From Syntrophales bacterium (GTDB lineage: Bacteria; Desulfobacterota; Syntrophia; Syntrophales; UBA5619): DNA of 64,000 nucleotides. The stretch spans positions 322,993-386,992 of the forward strand of contig JALNYO010000001.1 of the NCBI GenBank assembly GCA_023229765.1. Direction: 5' to 3'. Position 1 is the first letter of the stretch; every line of letters begins with the position of its first letter. The notes beneath the pieces are model-generated. The model was given only the letters and a program-made list of their open reading frames with translations, was not told the DNA's origin and did no database searches. The position numbers and the translations under genes are program-made. Below, in pieces: positions 46,716 through 55,773 of this stretch.

Positions 46716-47437
46716 CCGCCTGTTTCCTCTTGCTCCCGCCGGAGAGTTAAAAGCGCAGTCCGTGCCGCTTGCTTTTCGGCCTCTTTCTTGCTTTTCCCGC
46801 TTCCCGCGGCAATGAATCTCTCCCCGATAAAGAGACCCATTTCAAAGAGTTTGTCGTGGTCAGGGCCGGTTTCGGACAGCACGCTGTAGCGGGGGATTGT
46901 TTTAAAGAGGAGCATGCTTCGCTCCTGGAGGGCGGTCTTGTAGTCCAGACAGGTTGAGTCGGCATCCCCTTCCCGGAGAAGGGGTTCAAAAATTGTGCCG
47001 AGAAAGGCGGCTGCACATTCAAAGCCCTTGTCCAGAAAAATCGCAGCGATAACGGATTCAAGGGCGTTTGCCAAAAGCGACGGTTTTGTCCTTCCCCCGG
47101 AGGCCTCTTCCCCTTTTCCAAGCAGCAGGTGCTCTCCGATTGTGAATTTACGGGACAGTTCGGCAAGCGGATGTTCGTTAACGGCAGAGGCGCGGAGTTT
47201 TGAGAGCTGCCCCTCTGTGTAGGTGGGGAATATTTTCATCAGCATGTCGCTTACAATCAACTGCAATACCGCGTCTCCGAGAAACTCCAGCCGCTCATTG
47301 TCGCCGTTCGCTATGGATGCGTTTTCATTGGCGAAAGATCGGTGGGTAAGCGCCCGGTTGAGGAGGGACTTATCGGTGAAATTCCAGCCGAGACGCGCTT
47401 CAAGTTCGGCAAGGCTTTGCAGTCGTTCATTATCCAT
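46712..47437 (-). CDS. rnc: Ribonuclease III
   Basis: NERLEFLGDAVL signature and a C-terminal dsRBD (GPDHDKLF...GSGKSKKEAEKQAA). ATG 47437 has a GAGGA Shine-Dalgarno; an alternative TTG lies at 47452. Confidence 0.9.
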   Translation of the reverse strand: MDNERLQSLAELEARLGWNFTDKSLLNRALTHRSFANENASIANGDNERLEFLGDAVLQLIVSDMLMKIFPTYTEGQLSKLRASAVNEHPLAELSRKFTIGEHLLLGKGEEASGGRTKPSLLANALESVIAAIFLDKGFECAAAFLGTIFEPLLREGDADSTCLDYKTALQERSMLLFKTIPRYSVLSETGPDHDKLFEMGLFIGERFIAAGSGKSKKEAEKQAARTALLTLRREQEETGG

Positions 47438-47456
47438 TATTTCGATCCTCAAAATG

Positions 47457-48812
47457 TCAGCAACCTATGGCGTTCGCAATGAGGCGCTCACCGTCCAGAG
47501 ATTCCGGGACAACTCTTACGATGCTGTTGACTTTCACCCCGCTGCCGCGGACGGCCACGGGGATGTAGTTTTCTGAAAATCCGGTCGGGTGCCCTGTCTC
47601 TTTATCGGTTCGGCGTTCGATGAGCACCTTGAGCGGCTTTCCCAGGAAGCGCTCCGCAAAGCTGCGACGCTTTGCCGCTCCCGCTTCCCGGAGAAGCTTT
47701 ACGCGGTTTTTCTTTACATTATCAGTGACTTGTCCAGGCATCGTCGCCGCGGGCGTGCCTGGCCTGCGGGAGAAGGGAAATGCGTGCAGGTATGCCAGAG
47801 GCAGCTCTTCGATCAAACTTAGAGTTTCGGCGAACTCCTCCTCCGTCTCTCCGGGGAAGCCCGCGATCACGTCTATCCCGATGGCAAGACCAGGAATTGC
47901 GCATTGGAGCTTCAAGACGAGTTCCCGGAAAAAAGCCGTATCGTAATTGCGCCGCATCTGCTTAAGGATTCTGTTGCTGCCGCTTTGCAGCGACAGGTGC
48001 AGATGGGGACAGATAATATCGGAGCCCCTGATCAGGGAGAGCAGTCCCGTGGTCACCTCGCGCGGTTCCAGGGAGCTGATGCGGAGACGTTCAAACAGTC
48101 GTTTTTCCACAATTTTCCCCAGAAGGGAGGTAAAATTGGAGGGAGGGCGTAGGTCGCGTCCCCAGGCGCCGAGATGGATTCCGGTCAGGACGATTTCCCG
48201 ATAGCCGTTGGCGGCCAGTCGCGCCAGCCTCTGCATGGTCTCCTCCGGAAAAAGGCTGCGGCTTGTTCCCCGCGTGTAGGGTACTATGCAGTAACTGCAA
48301 AAGGCGTCGCAGCCATCCTGAATCTTCAGGAAAGCCCGGGTATGTTCGGGAAAGACCGCTGCTCCCAGCGGGGAGATGGCCTTTTCCTTACGGATATCGC
48401 CGACAATAATTTCATTCTTGGCGATCTCAGGAAAGAAGCTTTCTTCGCCGCTATTTGTTAAATTTAAGCTGCGCTTGCCCGTCTGAAGCAGCAGATCGGG
48501 GATCAATGCCTTTTCGGTGTTGCCGATGACGAAATTAACCCCGGCAAGCGAGGATAGTTCCTGGGGCGCCCTTTGAGCGTAGCAGCCGGTGACGATAATT
48601 ATTGCCTCCGGATTCTTTCGGAGGGCCCGGCCGACGAGCTGCCGGGACTGATAATCGGTTTTTCCTGTAACTGTGCAGGTATTGATTATATAGGCATCCG
48701 ACTTTTCATTAAACGGGACAATCGTCAATCCCCGGGCGCCAAGCATTTCGGATATTGACGCCGATTCGCACTGGTTTAACTTGCAGCCGAGGGTGGCGAC
48801 CGCTGCCGTCAT
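47457..48812 (-). CDS. mtaB: MiaB-family radical SAM methylthiotransferase, MtaB-like
   Basis: N-terminus VATLGCKLNQCES, radical SAM motif IQDGCDAFCSYC, and a C-terminal TRAM-like domain. Start taken at ATG 48812. Confidence 0.85.
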   Translation of the reverse strand: MTAAVATLGCKLNQCESASISEMLGARGLTIVPFNEKSDAYIINTCTVTGKTDYQSRQLVGRALRKNPEAIIIVTGCYAQRAPQELSSLAGVNFVIGNTEKALIPDLLLQTGKRSLNLTNSGEESFFPEIAKNEIIVGDIRKEKAISPLGAAVFPEHTRAFLKIQDGCDAFCSYCIVPYTRGTSRSLFPEETMQRLARLAANGYREIVLTGIHLGAWGRDLRPPSNFTSLLGKIVEKRLFERLRISSLEPREVTTGLLSLIRGSDIICPHLHLSLQSGSNRILKQMRRNYDTAFFRELVLKLQCAIPGLAIGIDVIAGFPGETEEEFAETLSLIEELPLAYLHAFPFSRRPGTPAATMPGQVTDNVKKNRVKLLREAGAAKRRSFAERFLGKPLKVLIERRTDKETGHPTGFSENYIPVAVRGSGVKVNSIVRVVPESLDGERLIANAIGC

Positions 48813-49052
48813 GATTTTCCCAATTTTTTTTGGATCTTTTTGTGCAGTCAATCTTGCCGCTTCCTTTTTAGCCCTTCCTCTAATCGCCGCAGCTCGCGTT
48901 GTCAAGTAAAACCGCTTTTTTAACCGCGGCGCTGCTGCAGCCGAGACATTTCAGCGGATTTCCAAATCAATGGCACAAGCCGCTTTGGCGACCATTTCCA
49001 GAATTGTCTGAAAAATACGCTAAGGCGAAGCTTGATATTTCGACAAACCTTA

Positions 49053-49091
49053 TTGACAATTGCTCCCGACTTAGTGTAGTCTTTTAGACTA
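49053..49091 (+). promoter_or_regulatory. Promoter-like TTGACA plus palindrome TAGTCT-TTT-AGACTA upstream of the amidohydrolase gene
   Basis: TTGACA at 49053-49058. The perfect 6-bp inverted repeat at 49077-49091 overlaps the expected -10 region. Confidence 0.3.
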
Positions 49092-49213
49092 ATCAGCTTG
49101 TTATTGGACTTCATCAACCGGGAAATCGCGATTCCTGCCCTGAGCAGCGCTGCAAATTACAGGGCAACCGGAAAGCGGACAACAATTCATTAATGCTTTA
49201 GGGGGAGACGATT

Positions 49214-50218
49214 ATGAAAATAGATATTTTTAATCACATTTTTCCACAGGCGTACTTTGACAAAATGGTAGAGCTGGCGCCGAACGGCGCCGATATGCAC
49301 AAGCGGGTGCGCAACATACCTTGTATTGTGAACCTTGATGAGCGTTTCCGCATCATGGATTTGTTCGGCGATTATCAGCAGGTCATCTGTCTGGGGGCGC
49401 CCCCGATTGAGGTTTTTGGCCCGCCCGCGGTTGCCAATGAACTGGCCCGTTTGGCCAATGACGAGATGGCGAAACTCGTCCGTAAATATCCGGACCGTTT
49501 CCCCGGCTTTATTGCTTCACTGCCGATGAATGATCCCGAGGGGTTGCTCAAGGAAGCAAAGAGAGCCGTTTCCGAGCTGGGCGCGGTTGGGGTGCAGGTG
49601 TATTCGAACGTGCTCGGCAGTCCCTTGACCAGACCAGAAACCATGCCCTTGTTCGATCTGATGGTGGAACTCGACCGGCCCATTTGGCTCCACCCGGCCC
49701 GGGGGGCGGATTTCCCTGATTACAAGAATGAAAAAAAGAGCCACTATGAAATCTGGTGGACCTTCGGCTGGCCCTATGAGACCAGTGTGGCGATGGCGCA
49801 TATCGTTTTTGCCGGGCTTTTTGACCGGCTCCCTTCGCTGAAGATTATTGCCCACCATCTGGGCGCCATGATTCCCTATTTTGCCGGCCGGGTCGGGCCG
49901 GGCTGGGATCAACTCGGCAGCCGCACATCCGACGAGGACTATACTACGCTGCTCCGGCAGTTAAAGAAACGGCCCATTGATTATTTCCGCATGTTTTATG
50001 TGGATACCGCTATCTTTGGCGCTCGCGACGCCACGATTTGCGGCTTGAACTTTTATGGAGCGGAAAAGGCGTTATTTGCCTCCGACATGCCCTTTGATCC
50101 GGAAAAAGGGACGGCGTATATCAGGTGGACGATCGATATTATCGACAGCCTGGACATAACGCCGGCCGAGCGTCAGGCCATCTATGAAGGCAATGCCCGC
50201 AAACTGCTGCATCTCTAA
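49214..50218 (+). CDS. Amidohydrolase-2 family protein (ACMSD-like decarboxylase/hydrolase fold)
   Basis: MKIDIFNHIFP... N-terminus and ...WLHP...HHLGAMIPY...FASDMPFD metal-site pattern. Confidence 0.8.
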   Translation: MKIDIFNHIFPQAYFDKMVELAPNGADMHKRVRNIPCIVNLDERFRIMDLFGDYQQVICLGAPPIEVFGPPAVANELARLANDEMAKLVRKYPDRFPGFIASLPMNDPEGLLKEAKRAVSELGAVGVQVYSNVLGSPLTRPETMPLFDLMVELDRPIWLHPARGADFPDYKNEKKSHYEIWWTFGWPYETSVAMAHIVFAGLFDRLPSLKIIAHHLGAMIPYFAGRVGPGWDQLGSRTSDEDYTTLLRQLKKRPIDYFRMFYVDTAIFGARDATICGLNFYGAEKALFASDMPFDPEKGTAYIRWTIDIIDSLDITPAERQAIYEGNARKLLHL

Positions 50219-50273
50219 AGTTTGTTGGGCAATACCTTATTCGGGATTATTTTCAAGGGGTTATTAATATAGT

Positions 50274-50726
50274 ATGGAGAGAATAATCGGCATCGCCTCC
50301 GAATACCATCTAATCGCTATAGCGATAGGTTTTTTGATTTTACTGGTGGTCTATTTCTTCCTCAAAAGCTTGATGAAAATCGCTCTTTTTGTATTGATAA
50401 TCGTAATCGCGATCGGGAGTTATTTTTACTTCCAGCACCCGGGGACAGACCAGGTAAGCGTTAAAGACGCCTTCAATAGGGCGAAAACCGATTCCGAAAA
50501 GGTTGTGGAAAAGGGGCAGGATGCCTGGGGAAAGGGTAAAAAGTTGGTGGGGGAGGGCAGAAAGGCATACGAAAAAGGGAAAAAAACCATAGAAAACGGC
50601 AAAGAGTTGCTTGATAAGGGGGTCGAAAAGGGGGACGATTTTGTTGAAAAAGTGAAAAAGATTGTGAGAAAAATATATCTTCTTTTCGAGACGAAAACTG
50701 ATGACGGCGCACAGCAGAAAAAGTGA
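50274..50726 (+). CDS. Hypothetical membrane protein with a Lys/Glu/Gly-rich repetitive tail
   Basis: Two TM segments followed by repeated EKG/KGK motifs. No family recognised. Confidence 0.4.
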   Translation: MERIIGIASEYHLIAIAIGFLILLVVYFFLKSLMKIALFVLIIVIAIGSYFYFQHPGTDQVSVKDAFNRAKTDSEKVVEKGQDAWGKGKKLVGEGRKAYEKGKKTIENGKELLDKGVEKGDDFVEKVKKIVRKIYLLFETKTDDGAQQKK

Positions 50727-50792
50727 CTTGCAGGAAAATATTAACGCTTTGATGGGGCCGGGTTTACTTACACCCGGACAGGAGTCCTCTTC

Positions 50793-50811
50793 TTATGAAC
50801 ATTAAGCTTTA
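50793..50811 (+). repeat. Partial 21-nt unit (TTATGAACATTAAGCTTTA)
   Basis: Matches the unit core. Lies between convergent genes. Confidence 0.5.
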
Positions 50812-50828
50812 CTGGCCAAAGCAGTCTT

Positions 50829-51242
50829 CTACCAGAGAAGATCAACCCCCATCGCCCGCACCGGGCATGCCAAAACGCATAGTTCACAGCCTGTGCAAAG
50901 CTCCGTATCGAAATTAACCCGCCATGATTCGCGATCCAGATGCAGGGCGCCGGTGGGACAGACGCCGGTGCAGGTTCCGCAGTGGATGCACTTTTCGGTG
51001 TTTTGACTGACGCTTTTGGAAAGCGGTTCGACGCCGAGTCCGAGCGACTTGAGGTAACGAATGCCGTCGTCGAAATTTTCTTTTGTGCCGCTCAGCTCCA
51101 GAACGAGGAGCCCTTCGCGTCTGGGCAGGATTCTGGCCTTCAGGATATTCAACATCAGATCGTACCGCTTCACCAACTCGTAGATAATCGGTCTCTCCGA
51201 AGATTCCGCAGGGTAGTGGATAACCACCTTTTTTGAGTGCAT
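50829..51242 (-). CDS. NIL-domain plus 2x[4Fe-4S] ferredoxin-domain protein
   Basis: N-terminal NIL-like fold (VVIHYPAESSERPIIYELVKRYDLMLNILKARI), then CIHCGTCTGVCP and CTGCELCVLACP. Start taken at ATG 51242. Confidence 0.75.
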   Translation of the reverse strand: MHSKKVVIHYPAESSERPIIYELVKRYDLMLNILKARILPRREGLLVLELSGTKENFDDGIRYLKSLGLGVEPLSKSVSQNTEKCIHCGTCTGVCPTGALHLDRESWRVNFDTELCTGCELCVLACPVRAMGVDLLW

Positions 51243-51247
51243 TTTTC

Positions 51248-51745
51248 TTATGATCTCCTTATTTCCAAAAGATTGTCCCATTCTATTGCCGGGAATGTCG
51301 CAAGCAGGCTGTGGTCGTCTTTGACGAGGCGATAATCGAGATTCCGAAAAATAGACTGCGCGACCTCGCAAGTAGGTTCCGGAAGAACGACGGTGTCTTC
51401 GCTTCCCTGGTAGAGTGTGACTGGCATCTGAAGTGGCTCGCGGCAGCGGGCGTGGAAGTCTGCATAGGCGAGGGCCGGGGCGAGCAGCACGAGACGCCGG
51501 ACGCGCTTTTCGTTCTCACAGGCGAAAATTGCCGCCATGAGACCGCCGAAACTTGAGCCAACGATGATTATATTGTCTTTACTTCCAATATATTCCGAGA
51601 GTTTGCTCATCCTTTCATTTAACGTTCCCTGGTAGTCACCGACCATCATCTCGGGGTATCTTTTTCTGAAGTATCTTCCCTTTGTTCCCTGGCTGCTGCT
51701 GTCCAACCCGTGGATAAATACGTGTGTAATATCGTCCATTCCCAC
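51248..51745 (-). CDS. Alpha/beta hydrolase (YqiA-like esterase)
   Basis: HVFIHGLDSS..., nucleophile elbow GSSFGG, and a C-terminal D..H. Confidence 0.7.
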   Translation of the reverse strand: MGMDDITHVFIHGLDSSSQGTKGRYFRKRYPEMMVGDYQGTLNERMSKLSEYIGSKDNIIIVGSSFGGLMAAIFACENEKRVRRLVLLAPALAYADFHARCREPLQMPVTLYQGSEDTVVLPEPTCEVAQSIFRNLDYRLVKDDHSLLATFPAIEWDNLLEIRRS

Positions 51746-51787
51746 ACTCCCGTTTTATAGATTTCTTCTTGGGGCGCAGGTAGGCTG

Positions 51788-51834
51788 AAATCGAAGATTA
51801 ATGTTCATAAATCGAAGATTAATGTTCATAAAGC
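51788..51834 (+). repeat. Two tandem 21-nt units in a divergent promoter region
   Basis: AAATCGAAGATTAATGTTCATAAATCGAAGATTAATGTTCATAAAGCG. Confidence 0.85.
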
Positions 51835-52000
51835 GTCCGCCTACCCCGTTTTTTTAAAAAATTCTGCAAGAATTATTGCTTTCCTTATCCCGGTATGTTA
51901 AAAATTTGCAAGCAAAATGAATGAAACGGCAGCCGTTTTTGTTATAAAATGCCATACTTCTCAATAATTGACGCGCCGTTCGGAAAGAAGGGAGAGGAAG

Positions 52001-53347
52001 ATGTCGATAGTGGTGCCGTTCAGGGCGCTGCGGCCGCGGGGTGAGTTTGTCGGCGCAGTCGCCGCGCTTCCCTATGATGTTATGAGTGTGGAGGAGGCGC
52101 GGCAGCAGATAAAAAAAAATCCGCTCAGTTTCCTGCGGGTGGAGAAGGCCGAATGCGATTTTCCCGGTGAAGAGGAGACTGCTGAACAGATTGTCTGTCA
52201 AAGAGCCAAGGATAATCTGGAAAGGATGATTAAAGAGGGCATCCTTGGTCAGGATGAATCTGCCTCGTTTTATCTCTATCGGCAGCAAATGGGTGGGCAT
52301 GTGCAAACGGGTGTCGTGGCCTGTGTCAGCGTTGATGAATACAGAAAAGGCCGGATAAAAGCCCATGAGCTTACCCTGGAAGCCAAGGAAAGGGGACGGA
52401 CGCTGCATATCGACAGCATTGGGGCGCAGACCGGGCCGGTATTTCTTACCTATCGGGGCCAGGAACAGATAGACAGTTTGCTGGCGAAAGTGGCAAAACA
52501 GGTTCCCGAGTATGATTTTACGGCGGACGACGGAATTCGTCACACTGCGTGGATAATTGGCGAGCTTGCGGATATAAAGGCGCTTCAAAAGGCCTTTTTG
52601 CCGGTTGAGTACCTTTACATAGCCGATGGCCACCACCGCGCCGCCGCCGCCGTCCGGGTAGCCGGTCTGCGGGCGGAACTTTCGTCCGGGAAATCGAAGA
52701 TTAATGTTCATAAATCGAAGATTAATGTTCATAAAGCGGAGCTTAGTGTTCATAAAAAGGCGGTCAGCGAGCATGATTTTATGCTGGCGGTACTGTTTCC
52801 CAGCGACCAGTTGCGGATCATGGATTACAACCGTGCCGTCAGGGATTTAAACGGCCTTGCCAGGGACGAGTTTTTGGAAGAGATAGCGGATAAATTTCTT
52901 ATAGCGAAAGACTTTCCGGAGAAAGCGGAGCTTAATGTTCATAAATCGAAGATTAGTGTTCATAAATTGCCCCGGCGGCCCCATGACTTCGGCATGTATC
53001 TGCAGGGAAAATGGTATCTTCTGTCGGCCCGTGAAAAGGCGCTGCCAAAGGCAAAACAGGCCGCCGCGCTTGATGTTTCCGTTTTGCAGGATAACATCCT
53101 GGGGCCGGTTCTCGGGATCGAGAACCCGCGCACGGATAAGCGAATTGCCTTCATTGGAGGGGCACGCGGTGCAGCCGGTCTGGAGAGCATTGTTGACAGG
53201 GATGGTTTTGCCGTCGCCTTTTCCCTTTTTCCGCCGACAGTTGAGCAGATGATGGCCGTGGCTGATGCAGGGATGGTCATGCCGCCCAAATCCACCTGGT
53301 TTGAGCCGAAGCTGCGGAGCGGCTTGTTCGTCCATCTTATCGATTAG
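52001..53347 (+). CDS. DUF1015-family protein carrying two in-frame repeat insertions
   Basis: MSIVVPFRALRP...LPYDVMS...YLYRQ...HELT...YIADGHHRAAAA pattern of DUF1015. GGAGAGGA Shine-Dalgarno before ATG 52001. Insertions lie at 52691-52756 and 52921-52966. Confidence 0.8.
   Translation: MSIVVPFRALRPRGEFVGAVAALPYDVMSVEEARQQIKKNPLSFLRVEKAECDFPGEEETAEQIVCQRAKDNLERMIKEGILGQDESASFYLYRQQMGGHVQTGVVACVSVDEYRKGRIKAHELTLEAKERGRTLHIDSIGAQTGPVFLTYRGQEQIDSLLAKVAKQVPEYDFTADDGIRHTAWIIGELADIKALQKAFLPVEYLYIADGHHRAAAAVRVAGLRAELSSGKSKINVHKSKINVHKAELSVHKKAVSEHDFMLAVLFPSDQLRIMDYNRAVRDLNGLARDEFLEEIADKFLIAKDFPEKAELNVHKSKISVHKLPRRPHDFGMYLQGKWYLLSAREKALPKAKQAAALDVSVLQDNILGPVLGIENPRTDKRIAFIGGARGAAGLESIVDRDGFAVAFSLFPPTVEQMMAVADAGMVMPPKSTWFEPKLRSGLFVHLID
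52691..52756 (+). repeat. Three tandem 21-nt units inside the DUF1015 CDS (encode KSKINVHKSKINVHKAELSVHKK)
   Basis: Direct reading. The 21-nt period keeps the frame. Confidence 0.9.
52921..52966 (+). repeat. Two tandem 21-nt units inside the DUF1015 CDS (encode KAELNVHKSKISVHK)
   Basis: Direct reading, in the same frame as the first insertion. Confidence 0.9.
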
Positions 53348-53349
53348 CT

Positions 53350-54123
53350 ATGAGTGGCAATTTTTTGCAGCGGGAAGGGGAGAAGATCGATCGGATCCTC
53401 GCCGGCCGGCTCCGGATCATTCAGAAGGAGAGGGGTTATCGCTTTTCGATAGATGCCCTTTTGCTTGCCCATTTCGTCAATTTAAATGCCGGCGATGACC
53501 TTATTGAGCTGGGAACGGGAAGTGGGATTGTTGCGCTTATCCTGGCGCAACACCCTGGCCTCGGGCGTGTTTTGGGGATCGAGATTCAGGAACAGCTTGT
53601 TGCCATTGCCCGAAGCAATGTTTCCCTGAACGGCCTGACCGACAGGGTTGAAATCAGGCAGGCAGACGTCCGCTTTCCGGAATCCCTTTGTCGGCCGCAA
53701 GCCTTTTCCGTCGCGGTATTCAACCCCCCTTACCGGCGGATGCGCTCGGGCAGGCTCAATCCCGATGCGGAGAAGGCCGCCGCCCGCCACGAAGTCTTCG
53801 GAACGGTGAAGGATTTTATCGCCGCTGCCGCTTACGCCCTGCGGCCGGGCGGACGGATGTTTGCAATTTATCCCGCGACCAGAATGGTGGAGTTGATCGC
53901 ACGGATGCGATCATTCCGGATCGAGCCCCGGCGGCTGCGACTTGTCTATTCCCGAACCGGCGTGGCGGCTGTTTTTGTTCTCGTGGAGGGAACAAAGGGG
54001 GGCGGTGAGAGCCTGGACGTTCTGCCGCCGCTTCTCATTTACGAGGCAAAGGGGGAATATACAGCCGCAATGAACGATATTTTCAAGGATCTTGCCGCTT
54101 TTGAATCGCCCGGCGCCGGCTGA
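53350..54123 (+). CDS. SAM-dependent methyltransferase, tRNA1(Val) m6A37 (YfiC/TrmN6)-like
   Basis: LELGTGSGIVALIL SAM motif and the FNPPYR (NPPY) catalytic motif. Confidence 0.8.
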   Translation: MSGNFLQREGEKIDRILAGRLRIIQKERGYRFSIDALLLAHFVNLNAGDDLIELGTGSGIVALILAQHPGLGRVLGIEIQEQLVAIARSNVSLNGLTDRVEIRQADVRFPESLCRPQAFSVAVFNPPYRRMRSGRLNPDAEKAAARHEVFGTVKDFIAAAAYALRPGGRMFAIYPATRMVELIARMRSFRIEPRRLRLVYSRTGVAAVFVLVEGTKGGGESLDVLPPLLIYEAKGEYTAAMNDIFKDLAAFESPGAG

Positions 54124-54604
54124 TCTCCCTGATCATCGTCCTTTCGATCGCCGCTCGGAGTTCCGGATCCCCGATCGCAGCGAGGCTCTGCTCCACCATT
54201 TGCCGGTCTCGTAATCGGAGCTTCTGGATGACCAAAGCGGGGGGGGGCTTGTCGGGCGCCTGGGAAGGGCTCTCAGGAACCTCGCCGATCGAGAAAAAAA
54301 GACGCCTGAATTCGTCCGTGCCGGACAGTTCGTTAAGCTTGACGAGGATTTCCTCCTTGAGAAACTGCAGTTGATGAAGCCAGACCGTGGTAGAAACGAT
54401 CACGTACAGCGAACCCCTTTTGAGATTTTCCGGCAGGGTGCGCGAGGCGATCAGGGGGCCAACAGCGCGTTCCCACAAATCTACAAGACGGCGGTCTGTC
54501 CTTTGGTGGGGAATGTCCATTTTTTTTAGAACCTTGTGGAGGATATCCCCGAGCGGTTCCGGTTTTCTGGATGAAGTTCTCTTGCGCATGGTCTCTTTTC
54601 TCAC
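54083..54604 (-). CDS. DUF721 (DciA-like) protein
   Basis: LGDILHKVLKK...LVDLWERAVGP.IA..T.P..LKRGSLYV.V.....L..L.F pattern. Confidence 0.7.
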   Translation of the reverse strand: MRKETMRKRTSSRKPEPLGDILHKVLKKMDIPHQRTDRRLVDLWERAVGPLIASRTLPENLKRGSLYVIVSTTVWLHQLQFLKEEILVKLNELSGTDEFRRLFFSIGEVPESPSQAPDKPPPALVIQKLRLRDRQMVEQSLAAIGDPELRAAIERTMIREISRRRAIQKRQDP

Positions 54605-54745
54605 ATTTTGCGGTTGCGGGTCAAGCAGCAGGGTTTTCCCGGGGTAAAATATTTCGCTTGACCTCTTCGCTGTTGCCGGGTTAGCAGAAACAAACGCTTT
54701 ATCGGCTTGACAGGGGCGTATTTTGAATGAGGGAGGGAAAACTGT

Positions 54746-55096
54746 ATGAGTTTAACAGCCATGATCGACAGTATCAAGGGACAACCCGATTACAAACGAG
54801 TGGGGATGATTGTCTGTCACAACGGGGTTGTGCGGGGAACAGCGAGGGACGGCAGAGTGGTGAACGAGATCGAGGTAACCGCTGATCGCCGCCGGCTTGA
54901 CGATATAATTGCGGAAATGAGAACCCGGCCAGGAATCATCGCTGTTCTGGTGGAGGTTTATGAGGGAAGACTGAAGGTCGGCGACGATATCATGTGTGTG
55001 GCGGTGGCCGGCGATATCCGGGAGAACACCTTTCCCGTCCTGGAGGATGCGGTCAACGCGATTAAGCGGGATGTTGTAACGAAGGTTGAAATCTAA
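54746..55096 (+). CDS. MoaE-like (molybdopterin synthase large-subunit fold) small protein
   Basis: GMIVCHNGVVRG...VEVYEGRLKVGDDIMCVAVAGDIRENTF..LEDAVNAIKRDV resembles the MoaE pattern. Confidence 0.55.
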   Translation: MSLTAMIDSIKGQPDYKRVGMIVCHNGVVRGTARDGRVVNEIEVTADRRRLDDIIAEMRTRPGIIAVLVEVYEGRLKVGDDIMCVAVAGDIRENTFPVLEDAVNAIKRDVVTKVEI

Positions 55097-55116
55097 GGAA
55101 TTTTCAGGATGGGAAT

Positions 55117-55773
55117 GTGGCGGACATCTTTCAGAAACAAAGACTAAAAATGGTTGACCTCCAGGTGCGGGGAAGGGGGATATCCGATCAGCGGTTGCTC
55201 AGGGCAATGGAGAAGATTCCGCGCCATCTCTTCATCGCGGAGGGCTTGCGCGACCAGGCGTACAACGACCGTCCCCTTCCCATTGAAGAGCAGCAGACGA
55301 TCTCGCAGCCCTATATCGTGGCTTTGATGTCCGCAGCGCTGGAACTGACGGGAAGAGAAAGGGTGCTGGAGATCGGAACCGGTTCCGGATATCAAACGGC
55401 GATTCTTGCCGAGCTGGCCGAACGGGTCTTTTCCATCGAGCGCATTGCCGCTTTGGCCGCCGGGGCAAGAAGGACTCTCGATGCCCTCGCTTATTTCAAT
55501 GTTGCCATCCGCGTTGGCGACGGAACCTTCGGGTGGCGCGAGGAGTCGCCTTTTGCGGCGATCATGGCGACCGCCGGCGCCCCGCAAGTTCCCAGACTGT
55601 TAATCGAACAACTGGCCATCGGCGGCCGTCTGGTGATTCCTGTGGGTGGGCGCAATTCCCAAACCCTGCTCAGACTGACCAGGCTCTCGGATGATCCTGA
55701 AGATCTCAGGCAGGAAGAACTATGCGGGTGCCGTTTTGTAGATCTGATTGGGGAACACGGATGGAAAAACTGA
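55117..55773 (+). CDS. pcm: Protein-L-isoaspartate O-methyltransferase
   Basis: QTISQPYIVALM, VLEIGTGSGYQTAILA, GGRLVIPVG. Confidence 0.9.
   Translation: MADIFQKQRLKMVDLQVRGRGISDQRLLRAMEKIPRHLFIAEGLRDQAYNDRPLPIEEQQTISQPYIVALMSAALELTGRERVLEIGTGSGYQTAILAELAERVFSIERIAALAAGARRTLDALAYFNVAIRVGDGTFGWREESPFAAIMATAGAPQVPRLLIEQLAIGGRLVIPVGGRNSQTLLRLTRLSDDPEDLRQEELCGCRFVDLIGEHGWKN

Noticed and set aside
48812-49214. Replication origin at the switch from minus-strand to plus-strand genes
   Set aside because: Gene orientation diverges here, and the repeat polarity flips nearby. However, I found no TTATCCACA-type DnaA boxes, no AT-rich unwinding element, and no dnaA/dnaN in the vicinity.
51854-52774. 306-aa minus-strand ORF beginning with MNTKLRFMNINLRFMNINLRF
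   Set aside because: Its N-terminus is just the reverse translation of the 21-nt repeats. The remainder is antisense to the DUF1015 gene.
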